From Chloroflexota bacterium (lineage in GTDB: Bacteria; Chloroflexota; UBA11872; VXNJ01), in NCBI GenBank assembly GCA_965261345.1, contig OZ253449.1, positions 2,144,001 to 2,208,000 of the forward strand: a DNA stretch of 64,000 bases. The letters run 5' to 3'. Below the pieces are notes generated by a model that saw nothing but the letters and a program-made list of their open reading frames with translations, did not search any database and had not been told where the DNA came from. Every line of letters begins with the position of its first letter. Position 1 is the stretch's first letter. The position numbers and the translations under genes were made by a program. Positions 18,488 to 28,067 of this stretch are shown here, piece after piece.

Positions 18488-19300
18488 ATGGTTAAGAGCA
18501 AATTTTCCGGAGCGGTGGCGGTAGTTACCGGCTCAACTCAGGGGACGGGTGCCGAGGTCGCCCGGATGTTCGCGCGCGAGGGCGCCCGGGCGGTTGTTAT
18601 CTGCGGACGCAATTTGGCCAACGGGCAGGCGGTCGCCAGTGAGATTTCCAAGCTGGGTGCGCAAGCCGAATTCATTGTCGCCGACCTGACCGATCTGGCC
18701 AAGGTCCGCGCTATCATTCCGGCCGCCTTGGAAAAATTTGGCCGCGTCGACTACCTGGTAAACGTGGCCGGAATATCCGACCGCGGATCCATTCTCGAGA
18801 CCAGCGAGGAGCTCTACCGAGAAACTCTTGATCTGAATCTACGGGCGCCTTTTTTCTTAACTCAGGACGCGGCCCGGGCGATGATCGAGCGCGGCGGCGG
18901 CGGCGCGATCGTCAATGTGATCTCGGGCGCGGCCTACGGCGGCGGGGTGGTCTCGGCGGCTTATTCGGCGTCCAAGGGCGGCCTGTTGACTCTGACTAAG
19001 AACGCGGCCAATTTCCTGGTTGAGAATCGCATCCGCGTAAACGGGATCGCCCTGGGTTGGACCGACACTCCCAACGAGGATCGGATCCAGAAGCAATATC
19101 ACGGAGCCGGGCCCAAATGGCGTGAATCGATCGAGCCACGGCTGCCCTTCGGGCGGATGCTAAAGCCCTACGACATTGCCAATACGGTGCGCTATCTTTG
19201 CTCGGACGACTCGGGTCTGATGACCGGGGCGATACTCGATCTGAACTGGGAAGTCGTTGGTACCCATGGCACCTCGTTGGTCGAATCACTGGCAGAATGA
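18488..19300 (+). CDS. SDR oxidoreductase (copy 2, tandem paralog)
   Basis: TGSTQGTG and YSASK motifs; collinear with copy 1. Confidence 0.9.
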   Translation: MVKSKFSGAVAVVTGSTQGTGAEVARMFAREGARAVVICGRNLANGQAVASEISKLGAQAEFIVADLTDLAKVRAIIPAALEKFGRVDYLVNVAGISDRGSILETSEELYRETLDLNLRAPFFLTQDAARAMIERGGGGAIVNVISGAAYGGGVVSAAYSASKGGLLTLTKNAANFLVENRIRVNGIALGWTDTPNEDRIQKQYHGAGPKWRESIEPRLPFGRMLKPYDIANTVRYLCSDDSGLMTGAILDLNWEVVGTHGTSLVESLAE

Positions 19301-19330
19301 ACTATCTCAAAATAGCGAACGGACGGGCAC

Positions 19331-20104
19331 ATGGGGCTGCTAGATAAGTTTTCGCTGGCCGGCAAAGTCGCGCTGGTAACCGGTGGCGGGACCGGCATTG
19401 GGCGGGCGGTTGCCCGCGGATTGGCCGAGGCCGGGGCCGACATTGCCCTGGCCGGTCGCACGCCGGCGACCCTGGAGGAGAGCGCTTCGGCTATCGAAGC
19501 GCTGGGCCGCTCGGTGCTTACGGTCGAGTGCGACGTCACCGACGCGGCATCGGTCAATTTGATGGTCGAATCGGTCACTGAGCGGTTCGGGCAACTGGAC
19601 GTGGCCTTCAACAACGCCGGCGCGTTCGGTTGGATTTCCGGCTACGACGTGCCGGAGGCCGACTGGGACCGGATCGTCGATACCAACCTGAAGGGAGTTT
19701 TCCTGTGCATGCAGGCCGAGGCGCGCTGGATGCGGCTGCACGGTGGGGGTAAGATCATCAACAACGCCTCGATGTCGGGTTCGATCGCCAACCACCCGCA
19801 GCGCCAATCGACCTACAACGCCTCAAAGGCCGGTTGCATCCACCTGACCAAATCGCTGGCGGCCGAATGGATTTCCGACGGAATCTACTGCAACTGCATC
19901 TCGCCCGGTTACATCCTCACCGATCGCGCGGCCGAGAACGCCGATGCCAAAGCGGTGCGCGAATATTGGCATCAGATTACGCCAATTGGACGATCGGGCC
20001 AAATGGATGAAATGGCCGGCGCGGTCCTCTTCCTGGCCAGCCCGGCGTCGGACTTCGTGGTGGGCCTGGATTTGATCGCTGACGGCGGTTACAGCCTGTG
20101 GTAG
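19331..20104 (+). CDS. SDR oxidoreductase (polyol/ketose reductase-like)
   Basis: TGGGTGIG, NNAG, ASMSG and YNASK motifs. Confidence 0.88.
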   Translation: MGLLDKFSLAGKVALVTGGGTGIGRAVARGLAEAGADIALAGRTPATLEESASAIEALGRSVLTVECDVTDAASVNLMVESVTERFGQLDVAFNNAGAFGWISGYDVPEADWDRIVDTNLKGVFLCMQAEARWMRLHGGGKIINNASMSGSIANHPQRQSTYNASKAGCIHLTKSLAAEWISDGIYCNCISPGYILTDRAAENADAKAVREYWHQITPIGRSGQMDEMAGAVLFLASPASDFVVGLDLIADGGYSLW

Positions 20105-20251
20105 GCAGACCGGACTGGTCGGGATTGGGTGCTAGAATTTGCCCGATTGGCGCGGCGTAAAAGTCGCGCTTTTTTTGGACCGCAAAAGAGCAGGTTGCGT
20201 CGGGCAATATACGGCCGCAGCATCCGGCAATGCCTAGGCTGGGACGAATAG

Positions 20252-20485
20252 TTGGCCGCCAGACGAAGAACCACCCGCCGTACGGCGCGCAGTCAGAATG
20301 CAACTCCGGCCGCGTTCGCCCGTGAAACGGTGACTGAACTGCGGCGCGCCCATTGGCCGACCCGCGACGAGACGGTTCGCCTCACCGTTATCGTGCTCGG
20401 CGTGGTGATCGCCCTGGCCGTATTCCTGGGTTTCTTTGACTACGGTCTCTCAAAGCTTTCCGACCTAATTTTTATACAGGCTTAA
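20252..20485 (+). CDS. secE: Preprotein translocase subunit SecE
   Basis: ELRRAHWPTRDET plus a single TM helix; immediately upstream of nusG. Confidence 0.9.
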   Translation: MAARRRTTRRTARSQNATPAAFARETVTELRRAHWPTRDETVRLTVIVLGVVIALAVFLGFFDYGLSKLSDLIFIQA

Positions 20486-20488
20486 CTG

Positions 20489-21052
20489 ATGACTACCGAA
20501 ACCGGTCAACAGGGTGAATGGTACGTCGTCCAAACCTATTCCGGGTACGAGAATCGTTTTCGCGAAAATCTGCTCTCGCGGATACGGTCAATGGATGCCC
20601 AGGATGCGATTTTCGAGATCGTGATCCCGGAGAAAGACGTCGAGGAAGTTCGCAACGGCGAGCGCCAGACGGTCAAGCGCAAGATGTTCCAAGGTTACGT
20701 CCTGGTTCGCATGGACTACAACACGACCTCGGGCACGATCGTGCGCAATACTCCCGGCGTGGTCAACTTCGTCGGTGGCAGCCAGCGGGCGATGCCATTG
20801 CCCAAAGTTGAAGTGGAGCGGATATTCGAACAGATCCACGGCAAGGCGCCGCGCACCCAGGTGACTATGGCGGTGGGTGACACCGTCAAGATCGTCGATG
20901 GTCCGTTTACCGAATTCCTCGGCACCGTCGACGAGGTCAGCGTCGAGCGTGGACGGGTCCGCGTGATGGTCTCGTTCTTTGGACGCGACACCCCGGTCGA
21001 ACTCGATTTTCTGCAGGTCGAACGAGTCCGTTCGGGTGCGGCCGCCGGTTAG
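20489..21052 (+). CDS. nusG: Transcription termination/antitermination factor NusG
   Basis: WYVVQTYSGYE, FQGYVLV, TPGV and KOW GPF...FGRDTPVEL motifs. Confidence 0.97.
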   Translation: MTTETGQQGEWYVVQTYSGYENRFRENLLSRIRSMDAQDAIFEIVIPEKDVEEVRNGERQTVKRKMFQGYVLVRMDYNTTSGTIVRNTPGVVNFVGGSQRAMPLPKVEVERIFEQIHGKAPRTQVTMAVGDTVKIVDGPFTEFLGTVDEVSVERGRVRVMVSFFGRDTPVELDFLQVERVRSGAAAG

Positions 21053-21127
21053 TCGGCAACGCCCACCGCCTTTTGCTTACCTGACAACCTGACCACCGAA
21101 ATAATTACGAGTTTTTAGGAATATTTC

Positions 21128-21550
21128 TTGGCCCAGAAAGTGATCGCCGTAGTAAAGATGAAGCTCAACGCCGGGCAGGCCACAGTGGCCCCGCCGGTGG
21201 GGCCTTCGCTTGGACAGCACGGCGTCAACAGCGTTCAATTTGTCAAGGACTATAACGAGCGGACCCGCGATCAGAGCGGCAATATCATCCCGTGCGTGGT
21301 GACGGTATTTTCGGATCGCTCCTACTCTTTTATCACCAAGACTCCGCCGGCCAGCGACCTGCTGCGCAAGGCTGCTGGAGTCGAGTCCGGCGCCAATAAT
21401 CCCAGCCAGGAGGTCGTCGGCTCCATTACCGCCGAGCAGCTGGAAGAAATCGCCCGCATCAAGCTGCCAGATCTCAACACCAGCGACGTTGGGCAGGCCG
21501 CGAAAATTGTCGCCGGGACCGCCCGCAGCATGGGCATTCAAACGCCTTAA
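21128..21550 (+). CDS. rplK: 50S ribosomal protein L11
   Basis: APPVGPSLGQHG, KTPPAS and GTARSMG motifs. Confidence 0.97.
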   Translation: MAQKVIAVVKMKLNAGQATVAPPVGPSLGQHGVNSVQFVKDYNERTRDQSGNIIPCVVTVFSDRSYSFITKTPPASDLLRKAAGVESGANNPSQEVVGSITAEQLEEIARIKLPDLNTSDVGQAAKIVAGTARSMGIQTP

Positions 21551-21624
21551 TCCGGCCGGGATGCGACCTGCTGATACTTGGCATACCGTTTACAAAACAA
21601 CACAAATAAGGGTTGAACCAAAAA

Positions 21625-22338
21625 GTGCCCAAACACGGCAAGAAATTTCTGGCGGCCATCGAACTGGTCGAAACCGGCAAGGACTACGAGATCGATGAAG
21701 CGGTCGAATTGGCCCGTGCTGCCGATTTGACCAAATTCGATGCGACCGTGGAGCTGCATTCCAAGCTGGGGGTCGACACCCGTCACCAGGACCAGCAGGT
21801 CCGTGGCACCGTCGTACTCCCGCACGGGACCGGGCGCACTCGGCGGGTAATCGCCTTCGCCGCCGGCGATGCGGCGGCCGAGGCCCAGGCGGCCGGGGCC
21901 GAATATGTCGGCGCCGCCGACCTGGTCGAAAAGATTCGCGGCGGTTGGCTTGATTTTGATGCCGCGGTGGCCACCCCCGACATGATGCGTCTCGTCGGTC
22001 CGCTGGGTCGAATCCTGGGTCCGCGCGGCCTCATGCCCAATGCCCGGGCCGGCACCGTGAGTCCCCGGATCGGTGAAGTCGTCGAAGCTATCAGAGGTGG
22101 CCAGGTCGAATATCGCGCCGATCAGAGTGGCAACATCCACTTTGCGATCGGCAAGGTCTCGTTCGATGCCGAGCGGCTCAAGCAGAATCTATACACCGCC
22201 CTGAATGCGGTGGTAAACGCCCGCCCATCGGGCGCCCGCGGCACCTATGTGCGGTCTATTACCCTGTCCACTTCAATGGGGCCGGGGATACCACTTGACG
22301 TGGCCGGCGCAATTAACGAAGCTCGCTCGGTCGCTTAA
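21625..22338 (+). CDS. rplA: 50S ribosomal protein L1
   Basis: KFDATVE, RGTVVLPHGTG, LGPRGLMPN and STSMGPG motifs; start GTG 21625 or TTG 21613. Confidence 0.97.
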   Translation: MPKHGKKFLAAIELVETGKDYEIDEAVELARAADLTKFDATVELHSKLGVDTRHQDQQVRGTVVLPHGTGRTRRVIAFAAGDAAAEAQAAGAEYVGAADLVEKIRGGWLDFDAAVATPDMMRLVGPLGRILGPRGLMPNARAGTVSPRIGEVVEAIRGGQVEYRADQSGNIHFAIGKVSFDAERLKQNLYTALNAVVNARPSGARGTYVRSITLSTSMGPGIPLDVAGAINEARSVA

Positions 22339-22369
22339 ACTTTTTCGAGTAACCACCATTCTTAATATG

Positions 22370-22440
22370 AGCCCCAGACGGCCGGTGCCAGCGATTGGCT
22401 AATTCCCCGCTTATTGCGCGGGAGCCCGCCCAGGCGAAAT
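22370..22440 (+). promoter_or_regulatory. Probable ribosomal protein L10 leader RNA
   Basis: Lies between rplA and rplJ; AGACGGCCGGTG...TAAT...CCCGCCCAGG resembles the L10 leader layout; not tested with a covariance model. Confidence 0.5.
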
Positions 22441-22560
22441 ACTGGCTGTTAACGGCCTCAAACAGCGCCCCAGCGGCATTGTCGGAGCCGCGCCGGGGCA
22501 GATTTGAGCCTGGCGCGGTTTTATTTATTTTTCGACCGATTGATGGTCAAAGGAGACGAA

Positions 22561-23085
22561 TTGGCAACCAGGGCTGAAAAGATGGCCCGCGTTCAAGAGC
22601 TGGAAGCCCTTTTGGCGGCGTCGCCATCCTGGCTGGTTAGCTACTACCGCGGACTCTCGGTGCCGGCGATCGCCGAATTGCGCCGGGAATTGGCTGAAGT
22701 CGGCGCGCACTTTTACGTGGCCAAAAACACTCTCGTCCGCATCGCCGCGGCCAATCAGGGTTTGGGTGACCTTAGCGAACTGTTCGACGGCCCGATCGGA
22801 ATCACCGTTTGTGGCGCTGATCCCTCCGGGGCAGCCAAGATTTTGGCCAAATATGCAGTCCGGAACGAGGCTTACGCGCTGCGCGGCGGAAGGGTGGATG
22901 GCGAAATGATCGACCTTCCCTTGTTCCAGCGGCTGGCGGCAATCCCTTCGTTGGAACAGCTGACCGCCGAAGCCGTATTCGGCATCGCCGCGCCGCTCAC
23001 CGGGCTGGTCTACTCACTCTCTGGAATCTTGTCCGGGCTGGTAACGGCGCTGGACCAGATCCGCGAACAACGGGCCGAGGCATGA
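22561..23085 (+). CDS. rplJ: 50S ribosomal protein L10
   Basis: YRGLSV...LR and VAKNTL motifs; TTG 22561 follows AAGGAG. Confidence 0.95.
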   Translation: MATRAEKMARVQELEALLAASPSWLVSYYRGLSVPAIAELRRELAEVGAHFYVAKNTLVRIAAANQGLGDLSELFDGPIGITVCGADPSGAAKILAKYAVRNEAYALRGGRVDGEMIDLPLFQRLAAIPSLEQLTAEAVFGIAAPLTGLVYSLSGILSGLVTALDQIREQRAEA

Positions 23086-23145
23086 GCGCCAACCGCCCGA
23101 CAAACATTCCATCCATCGCAATTTTTCTTTTAGGAGATGCAACAC

Positions 23146-23532
23146 ATGGCTACTAGCAAAACCTCCGTATCCGACCTCATTGGCGCAATCGAGGCATTGA
23201 CCGTACTGGAACTGGCCGACCTGGTCGATCAGCTCAAGGAAAAATTCGGCGTTTCGGCGATGGCCGCGATGCCAATGGCGGCGGCCCCGGCCGCCAACGG
23301 CGAGGCGCAGGAGGCCGAGCAGACTGAATTCGACGTCGTCTTGGCCGAAATTGGGCCCAACAAGATTCCGGTAATTAAGGTTGTCCGCCAGATCACCGGG
23401 CTGGGTCTGAAGGAATCGAAGGCCATCGTTGACCAGGCGCCGAACGCGGTCAAGGAGGCGGTATCACGCGACGAGGCCGATGAGATTGCCAAGCAGCTTG
23501 AGGCTGAAGGCGCAACCGTCGAGATCAAGTAG
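23146..23532 (+). CDS. rplL: 50S ribosomal protein L7/L12
   Basis: [14 protein letters not shown] and KIPVIKVVR...GLGLKESK motifs. Confidence 0.97.
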   Translation: MATSKTSVSDLIGAIEALTVLELADLVDQLKEKFGVSAMAAMPMAAAPAANGEAQEAEQTEFDVVLAEIGPNKIPVIKVVRQITGLGLKESKAIVDQAPNAVKEAVSRDEADEIAKQLEAEGATVEIK

Positions 23533-23538
23533 GTAAGA

Positions 23539-23576
23539 ACGGCCACGGGGCCGATTCTGGCCCCGTGGCCGTGTTT
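23539..23576 (+). terminator. Terminator hairpin after rplL (convergent with cysK)
   Basis: ACGGCCACGGGGCC-gattct-GGCCCCGTGGCCGT 14-bp stem followed by GTTT. Confidence 0.75.
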
Positions 23577-23661
23577 GAACGGGAATCGCCAATTTCGTTA
23601 GCACGCGATTGAGTGCTGCGGATTATGTCGGTCCGGCCGGTTGGCGCGGCCTGCGGTAAAC

Positions 23662-24648
23662 CTAAACCGGCTTTAACAATTCGGCATTGTAGATAACCGA
23701 TTCGAACCCGGGGTGCGAGAGATAGCGCTCGCCGGTGTCGCAGAGCACGCAAACAATTAATTTGCCGCGATTCTCCAGGCGCTGGCCGACGGCCAGCGCC
23801 GCCGCCACCGAGGCGCCCGACGAAATTCCAACGAATATCCCATCGCTGGCGCAGAGCTTGCGCGCCATCTGCTCGGCCGCTTCGTCCTCAATCTGGATTA
23901 TCTCGTCGATAAGCTCTACTTCGAAGATCTTTGGAATAAAACCGGCCCCGATTCCCTGTATTCGGTGCGGTCCGGGCGGCCCGCCCGAAATCACCGCCGA
24001 ACGCGTCGGTTCGACTCCGATCACCTGGAGCGTGGGCTTGCGTGGCTTCAAGGCCCGCGCGCATCCGGTGGCCGTCCCGCCGGTGCCGACCGGCGAGACG
24101 ATGATGTCGACCTCGCCTTCGGTATCGCGCCAGATTTCTTCAGCGGTAGTGCGGAAATGGACATCGGGGTTGGCCGGGTTCTCAAATTGCTGCGGAATCC
24201 AACCATCGGGGATTGAATCCCGCAGGCGCACTGCCTGATCGATGGCTCCCTGCATTCCGCCGGCCGCAGACGTGAGCACCAGCTCGGCGCCGAACAGCAA
24301 CAGAGCCTGCCGCCGCTCCATGCTCATCGTCTCGGGCATGGTGATGACGCAGCGATATCCCTTGGCCGCGCAGGCCATGGCCAGAGCAATGCCGGTATTG
24401 CCGGAAGTGGGCTCGATGATCACCGTGCGGCCCGGTGTGATCTCTCCTTCCGCCTCGGCCGCCTCGAGCATTGCTAGCCCGGTCCGGTCCTTGACGCTCC
24501 CACCCGGATTGGCGGCCTCCAATTTGCCGGCGATCAATGCGCCCGACTCAGCCACCGAATTATTTATCCGCACCAGCGGGGTATTGCCGATTAGGTCGAT
24601 TACGCTGGACCCGATCTTCTCAAGCGCGCGGCCACGGATTTCTACCAT
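23662..24648 (-). CDS. cysK: Cysteine synthase A
   Basis: IGNTPLV, NPGGSVKDR (PLP Lys), PTSGNTG, GTGGT, IQGIGAG and DTGERYLS motifs. Confidence 0.95.
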   Translation of the reverse strand: MVEIRGRALEKIGSSVIDLIGNTPLVRINNSVAESGALIAGKLEAANPGGSVKDRTGLAMLEAAEAEGEITPGRTVIIEPTSGNTGIALAMACAAKGYRCVITMPETMSMERRQALLLFGAELVLTSAAGGMQGAIDQAVRLRDSIPDGWIPQQFENPANPDVHFRTTAEEIWRDTEGEVDIIVSPVGTGGTATGCARALKPRKPTLQVIGVEPTRSAVISGGPPGPHRIQGIGAGFIPKIFEVELIDEIIQIEDEAAEQMARKLCASDGIFVGISSGASVAAALAVGQRLENRGKLIVCVLCDTGERYLSHPGFESVIYNAELLKPV

Positions 24649-24743
24649 CGATTGATTCCATTTCGTGCAGGCAGGTATGACTTAATTGGACGGCTCCCCA
24701 ACTTGATTGCGACCCAAAGCAAAAGTATGCGCAAGTATTCCCG

Positions 24744-25547
24744 ATGAGATCGACGTCTTTGAGAAAAACTCCTCGTGCGCAGTGGCTGCGGATCGCCGGT
24801 ATCGGCCTCGGCGGCGGCATGTTCTCGGGCCTGGCTGGGATTGGTGGCGGCACATTCATGGTCCCGCTCATGGTATCGCTGCTTTCGGTTAGCCAGGTGG
24901 TGGCCCATGGGACTTCGCTGGCGATCGTGATCTTTACCGCGCTGGCCAGTCTGATCGGTTACAGCATTTCGATCGAGATCGATTGGTTGCTAGTCGTCTT
25001 TGCCACCGTCCCCTCGATCGCCACCGCCCCGCTTGGGGCAAAAGCTGCCGATTCGATGCCCGAACTCGGGTTGCGCCGAGTATTTGCGGGTTTCCTTTTG
25101 ATTGCCGCCCTGCTGCTGCTGCTGGCCGATCCCGAGCAACTGCTGCCGATCGCCGGGAGCGGCCGAGTCGTAGCCGCGGTCTTGGTCGGATTGGTGGCGG
25201 GGTTCGTCAGCGGTCTGCTGGGAGTGGGCGGCGGGATATTCGTCGTCCCGGCAGCGGTGTTTTTTCTCTCCTTTACGCAGCGAGACGCCCAGGCGTTCGC
25301 CCTGGCGATGATGATCCCCACCTCGATTGCCGGGGTGATCGCCCATACCCGGCTGGGCAACGTCGTCTGGCGCTGGGCGATCGCGATCGCCATCTTTTCA
25401 GTTCCCACCGGGTTGATCTTTGGGACGCTGGCCGGAGGGGCGATCGACCAGGCCATACTGCGCTACGTGTTTGTCGGCCTGCTCATCTATTTCTCGCTTC
25501 GCATGTTCGGAACGGTTGGCTACCTGGCTGCCAAGCTGGGCCGCTAG
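24744..25547 (+). CDS. Sulfite exporter TauE/SafE (TSUP) family protein
   Basis: Two SGLxG(I/V)GGG repeats, about 8 TM helices; divergent from cysK. Confidence 0.88.
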   Translation: MRSTSLRKTPRAQWLRIAGIGLGGGMFSGLAGIGGGTFMVPLMVSLLSVSQVVAHGTSLAIVIFTALASLIGYSISIEIDWLLVVFATVPSIATAPLGAKAADSMPELGLRRVFAGFLLIAALLLLLADPEQLLPIAGSGRVVAAVLVGLVAGFVSGLLGVGGGIFVVPAAVFFLSFTQRDAQAFALAMMIPTSIAGVIAHTRLGNVVWRWAIAIAIFSVPTGLIFGTLAGGAIDQAILRYVFVGLLIYFSLRMFGTVGYLAAKLGR

Positions 25548-25623
25548 CAGCCAGGGGTGCGAACCTGATGAACAGGTGATAATTGCCACTGGCGCTGCTG
25601 ACCCTCAAGCCCGGTCTCAATAG

Positions 25624-26484
25624 ATGATCTACCACCACACCGCCCATCTGGCCGAGTCGCTGCAGACCAACGTTTGGAACATTGATCCAACTGCCGCCGC
25701 CGGACTGATCATCCTCGCATTCGGCTATACGTACATGCTTGGACCGGTCCGCGCAAAATTCGCCCTGGGCCCGGATCCCGAATGGTGGCGCGCCCCGGCC
25801 TTTGGCCTGGGTCTGGTCTCATTTGGCCTGGCAATCTTCTCGCCGATCGACTATATCGGCGAGCACTACCTCTTTTCGGCCCACATGGTCCAACACTTGG
25901 TGATGTTCTTTATCACCCCGGTCGGACTTTTGCTGGGCACACCGGGCTGGATGATCGCGCTGTTGTTTCGCCCGCCCGGAGTTTTGCGCATCGTCCGGGT
26001 GCTGACCAATCCGGTGGTGGCGATCGGCGTATCGCAGGGGGTAGTGGCTCTCTGGCACGTCCCGACCTTCTACGAGGCTGCCCTGACCAACCCGTTTCTG
26101 CACGAACTAGAACACGGGTCCTACGTGGCGGTTTCACTGATGATGTGGTGGCCGATTCTTTCGCAGTCTGAGCAGCTGCCGCGCCTGGCGCCGGTCTACC
26201 AGATTTTTTATCTTTTCGTGCTGCCGGTTCCGCAATCGATTTTTGGGGCGATCCTGACCTTTTCGCAGGAGCCGGTGTACCAGGTTTACGCCGACGCGCC
26301 GCGGGTGTTTCCGATCAGCGCCGCCGACGATCAGCAATTGGGCGGCCTGCTGATGTGGACCCCGGGCAAGGTGCTTTTCTGGATCACCCTGGCGATCGTA
26401 TTCTTCCGCTGGTTCTCCCAGGAACGTCGCGACGCCAACCTGGCGCTGCGCAATCAGATTGAGCAGCGCCCCAGCTTAAATTAA
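25624..26484 (+). CDS. ctaG: Cytochrome c oxidase assembly protein, caa3-type CtaG
   Basis: FSAHMVQH, WHVP, HELEH and DQQLGGLLMW motifs. Confidence 0.88.
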   Translation: MIYHHTAHLAESLQTNVWNIDPTAAAGLIILAFGYTYMLGPVRAKFALGPDPEWWRAPAFGLGLVSFGLAIFSPIDYIGEHYLFSAHMVQHLVMFFITPVGLLLGTPGWMIALLFRPPGVLRIVRVLTNPVVAIGVSQGVVALWHVPTFYEAALTNPFLHELEHGSYVAVSLMMWWPILSQSEQLPRLAPVYQIFYLFVLPVPQSIFGAILTFSQEPVYQVYADAPRVFPISAADDQQLGGLLMWTPGKVLFWITLAIVFFRWFSQERRDANLALRNQIEQRPSLN

Positions 26485-28067
26485 GCGTCTCTGCCAGCCA
26501 ATTTCCTTGCGGTCAGGCGGCCGACAAGGAGATTCCAGATCCGGGCTGGTTCGTCTACCCGCAGCCAATGCAGCGTGGCCAGGTAAGCGATGGCGCTGGG
26601 CGGCAGCGCCAGCAGCAGCGATAACCATCCTGACGGCCCGCTTTCGACCCGCCCACCCAGCGAGAGGCCCAAGATCAAGGCCGCCGCCGCCGCGCCGGTG
26701 GCAAGCGTGACGGCACCCACGAACCTGACCGCCGCCCGACCCGGCCGGATCCGGCAGTACCCGAGGAAGAGTCCCAGCAGAACCAACCCGTGAAGCCCGT
26801 TTTGGACGGAGTTGGCCCAGACCAGCCCGTGGAATCCGAGCGCATCGACGGCAGGGAAGGCGATCGCCAAAAACACTATTGACCCCAGCACTCCAACCGC
26901 CGCCGGCAGCAGGGTATTGCGGCATGCGTAGAAGGCAAAAATCAGGAGTTGGTCAATCGCGATCAACGGCAGCGCGGCGGCGTAGATGGAAAGCGCCCGG
27001 GCGGTCGGTGCCACCGCCGCCTCGATGAACTCACCCCGGGCAAAAACTGCCCTAATCAGCGGTTCGCTGGCCAATACGAACACCATCGCGACCGGGGCGA
27101 TGCCGACCGCCAGGATTCGCGCGGCGGCCCAGAAAAGGCGTGTGAAAGCGTCGGTTCGGTTGAGTTGGGAGAGCGATTCTGGGGCGGTCCGCGCGAGTGC
27201 TGGGAGCATAGCCAACCCCACCGCGGCCACCACCGCGCCGAGGGGAAACTGCTGCAGCCGGGCGGCGAATCGCATCATCGCCAACGATCCCTCGCCGGCG
27301 CTGCTGGCAAGGCGGGTATCGACCAGGATCACTAGCTGGGTAACCAGCAACCCGGCGAGCACCGGCAGGTAAAGCACCGCGGCACGTCGCAGGTTGGGGT
27401 CGCGCCAGAGGTTGGGCCGCCGCCAGCGCCGATCGATACCCAGCAATCCAGGGAGCTGGATCAGTAGGTGCCCTCCGGCACCTAGTAGATAGCCCACCGC
27501 AACCGCAACCGCGCCTAGCAGTGGGGTCAGGGCCAGGATGGATACAATCAGCACGGCGTTGAGGGTGGAGACCGAAAAGGCCGGGCCGGCGAACTTTTGA
27601 GCTGCCAACAGGCGGGCGGTAACGACCGCTGACATTCCCAGCAAAAAGGCCGCCGGCATCGTGAATCGCAGCATTGCCGCCGCCAACGGTTTGCCGTCGC
27701 TGCCAAGATCGGGAGCGAGCAATTCGACGATCGGTTCGGCAAACAGCAGGCCCAACCCAACCAACGAGCCCAGCACCAGGGCGGTAACGGTCGTCGCATT
27801 GGCAAACAGGCGGGCGGCTGAAGGGGAGTCACCCAACCCGGCCAGCACCGGCACAAGTACTGCGGCGACCGCCCCGCCTATGGCAACTTCCAGGAAGGTA
27901 TTGGGCACGCGAGAGGCGATCTCGAAGGCATCCGCTTGGGCCGTGGCGCCAAATACCGAGGCGATTAACGGTTCGCGGGCAAATCCCAACAGGCGCGAGA
28001 GGATATTGCCGCCGGCGACCAGTCCGGCGGCGGCCAGAAGGCGCGAATAAGTGGAATCGGCTTCTAT
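26481..28067 (-). CDS. murJ: Lipid II flippase MurJ (start codon uncertain; ATA 28067 proposed)
   Basis: SRLLGFARE, DAFxxAxRVPN, RLQQFPLG and FYA motifs; frame open upstream of TTG 27989. Confidence 0.9.
   Translation of the reverse strand: MEADSTYSRLLAAAGLVAGGNILSRLLGFAREPLIASVFGATAQADAFEIASRVPNTFLEVAIGGAVAAVLVPVLAGLGDSPSAARLFANATTVTALVLGSLVGLGLLFAEPIVELLAPDLGSDGKPLAAAMLRFTMPAAFLLGMSAVVTARLLAAQKFAGPAFSVSTLNAVLIVSILALTPLLGAVAVAVGYLLGAGGHLLIQLPGLLGIDRRWRRPNLWRDPNLRRAAVLYLPVLAGLLVTQLVILVDTRLASSAGEGSLAMMRFAARLQQFPLGAVVAAVGLAMLPALARTAPESLSQLNRTDAFTRLFWAAARILAVGIAPVAMVFVLASEPLIRAVFARGEFIEAAVAPTARALSIYAAALPLIAIDQLLIFAFYACRNTLLPAAVGVLGSIVFLAIAFPAVDALGFHGLVWANSVQNGLHGLVLLGLFLGYCRIRPGRAAVRFVGAVTLATGAAAAALILGLSLGGRVESGPSGWLSLLLALPPSAIAYLATLHWLRVDEPARIWNLLVGRLTARKLAGRDA

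Noticed and set aside
10658-20250. tRNA-anchored genomic island after tRNA-Thr(GGT)
   Set aside because: No integrase and no duplicated tRNA 3' end seen; no obvious compositional shift.
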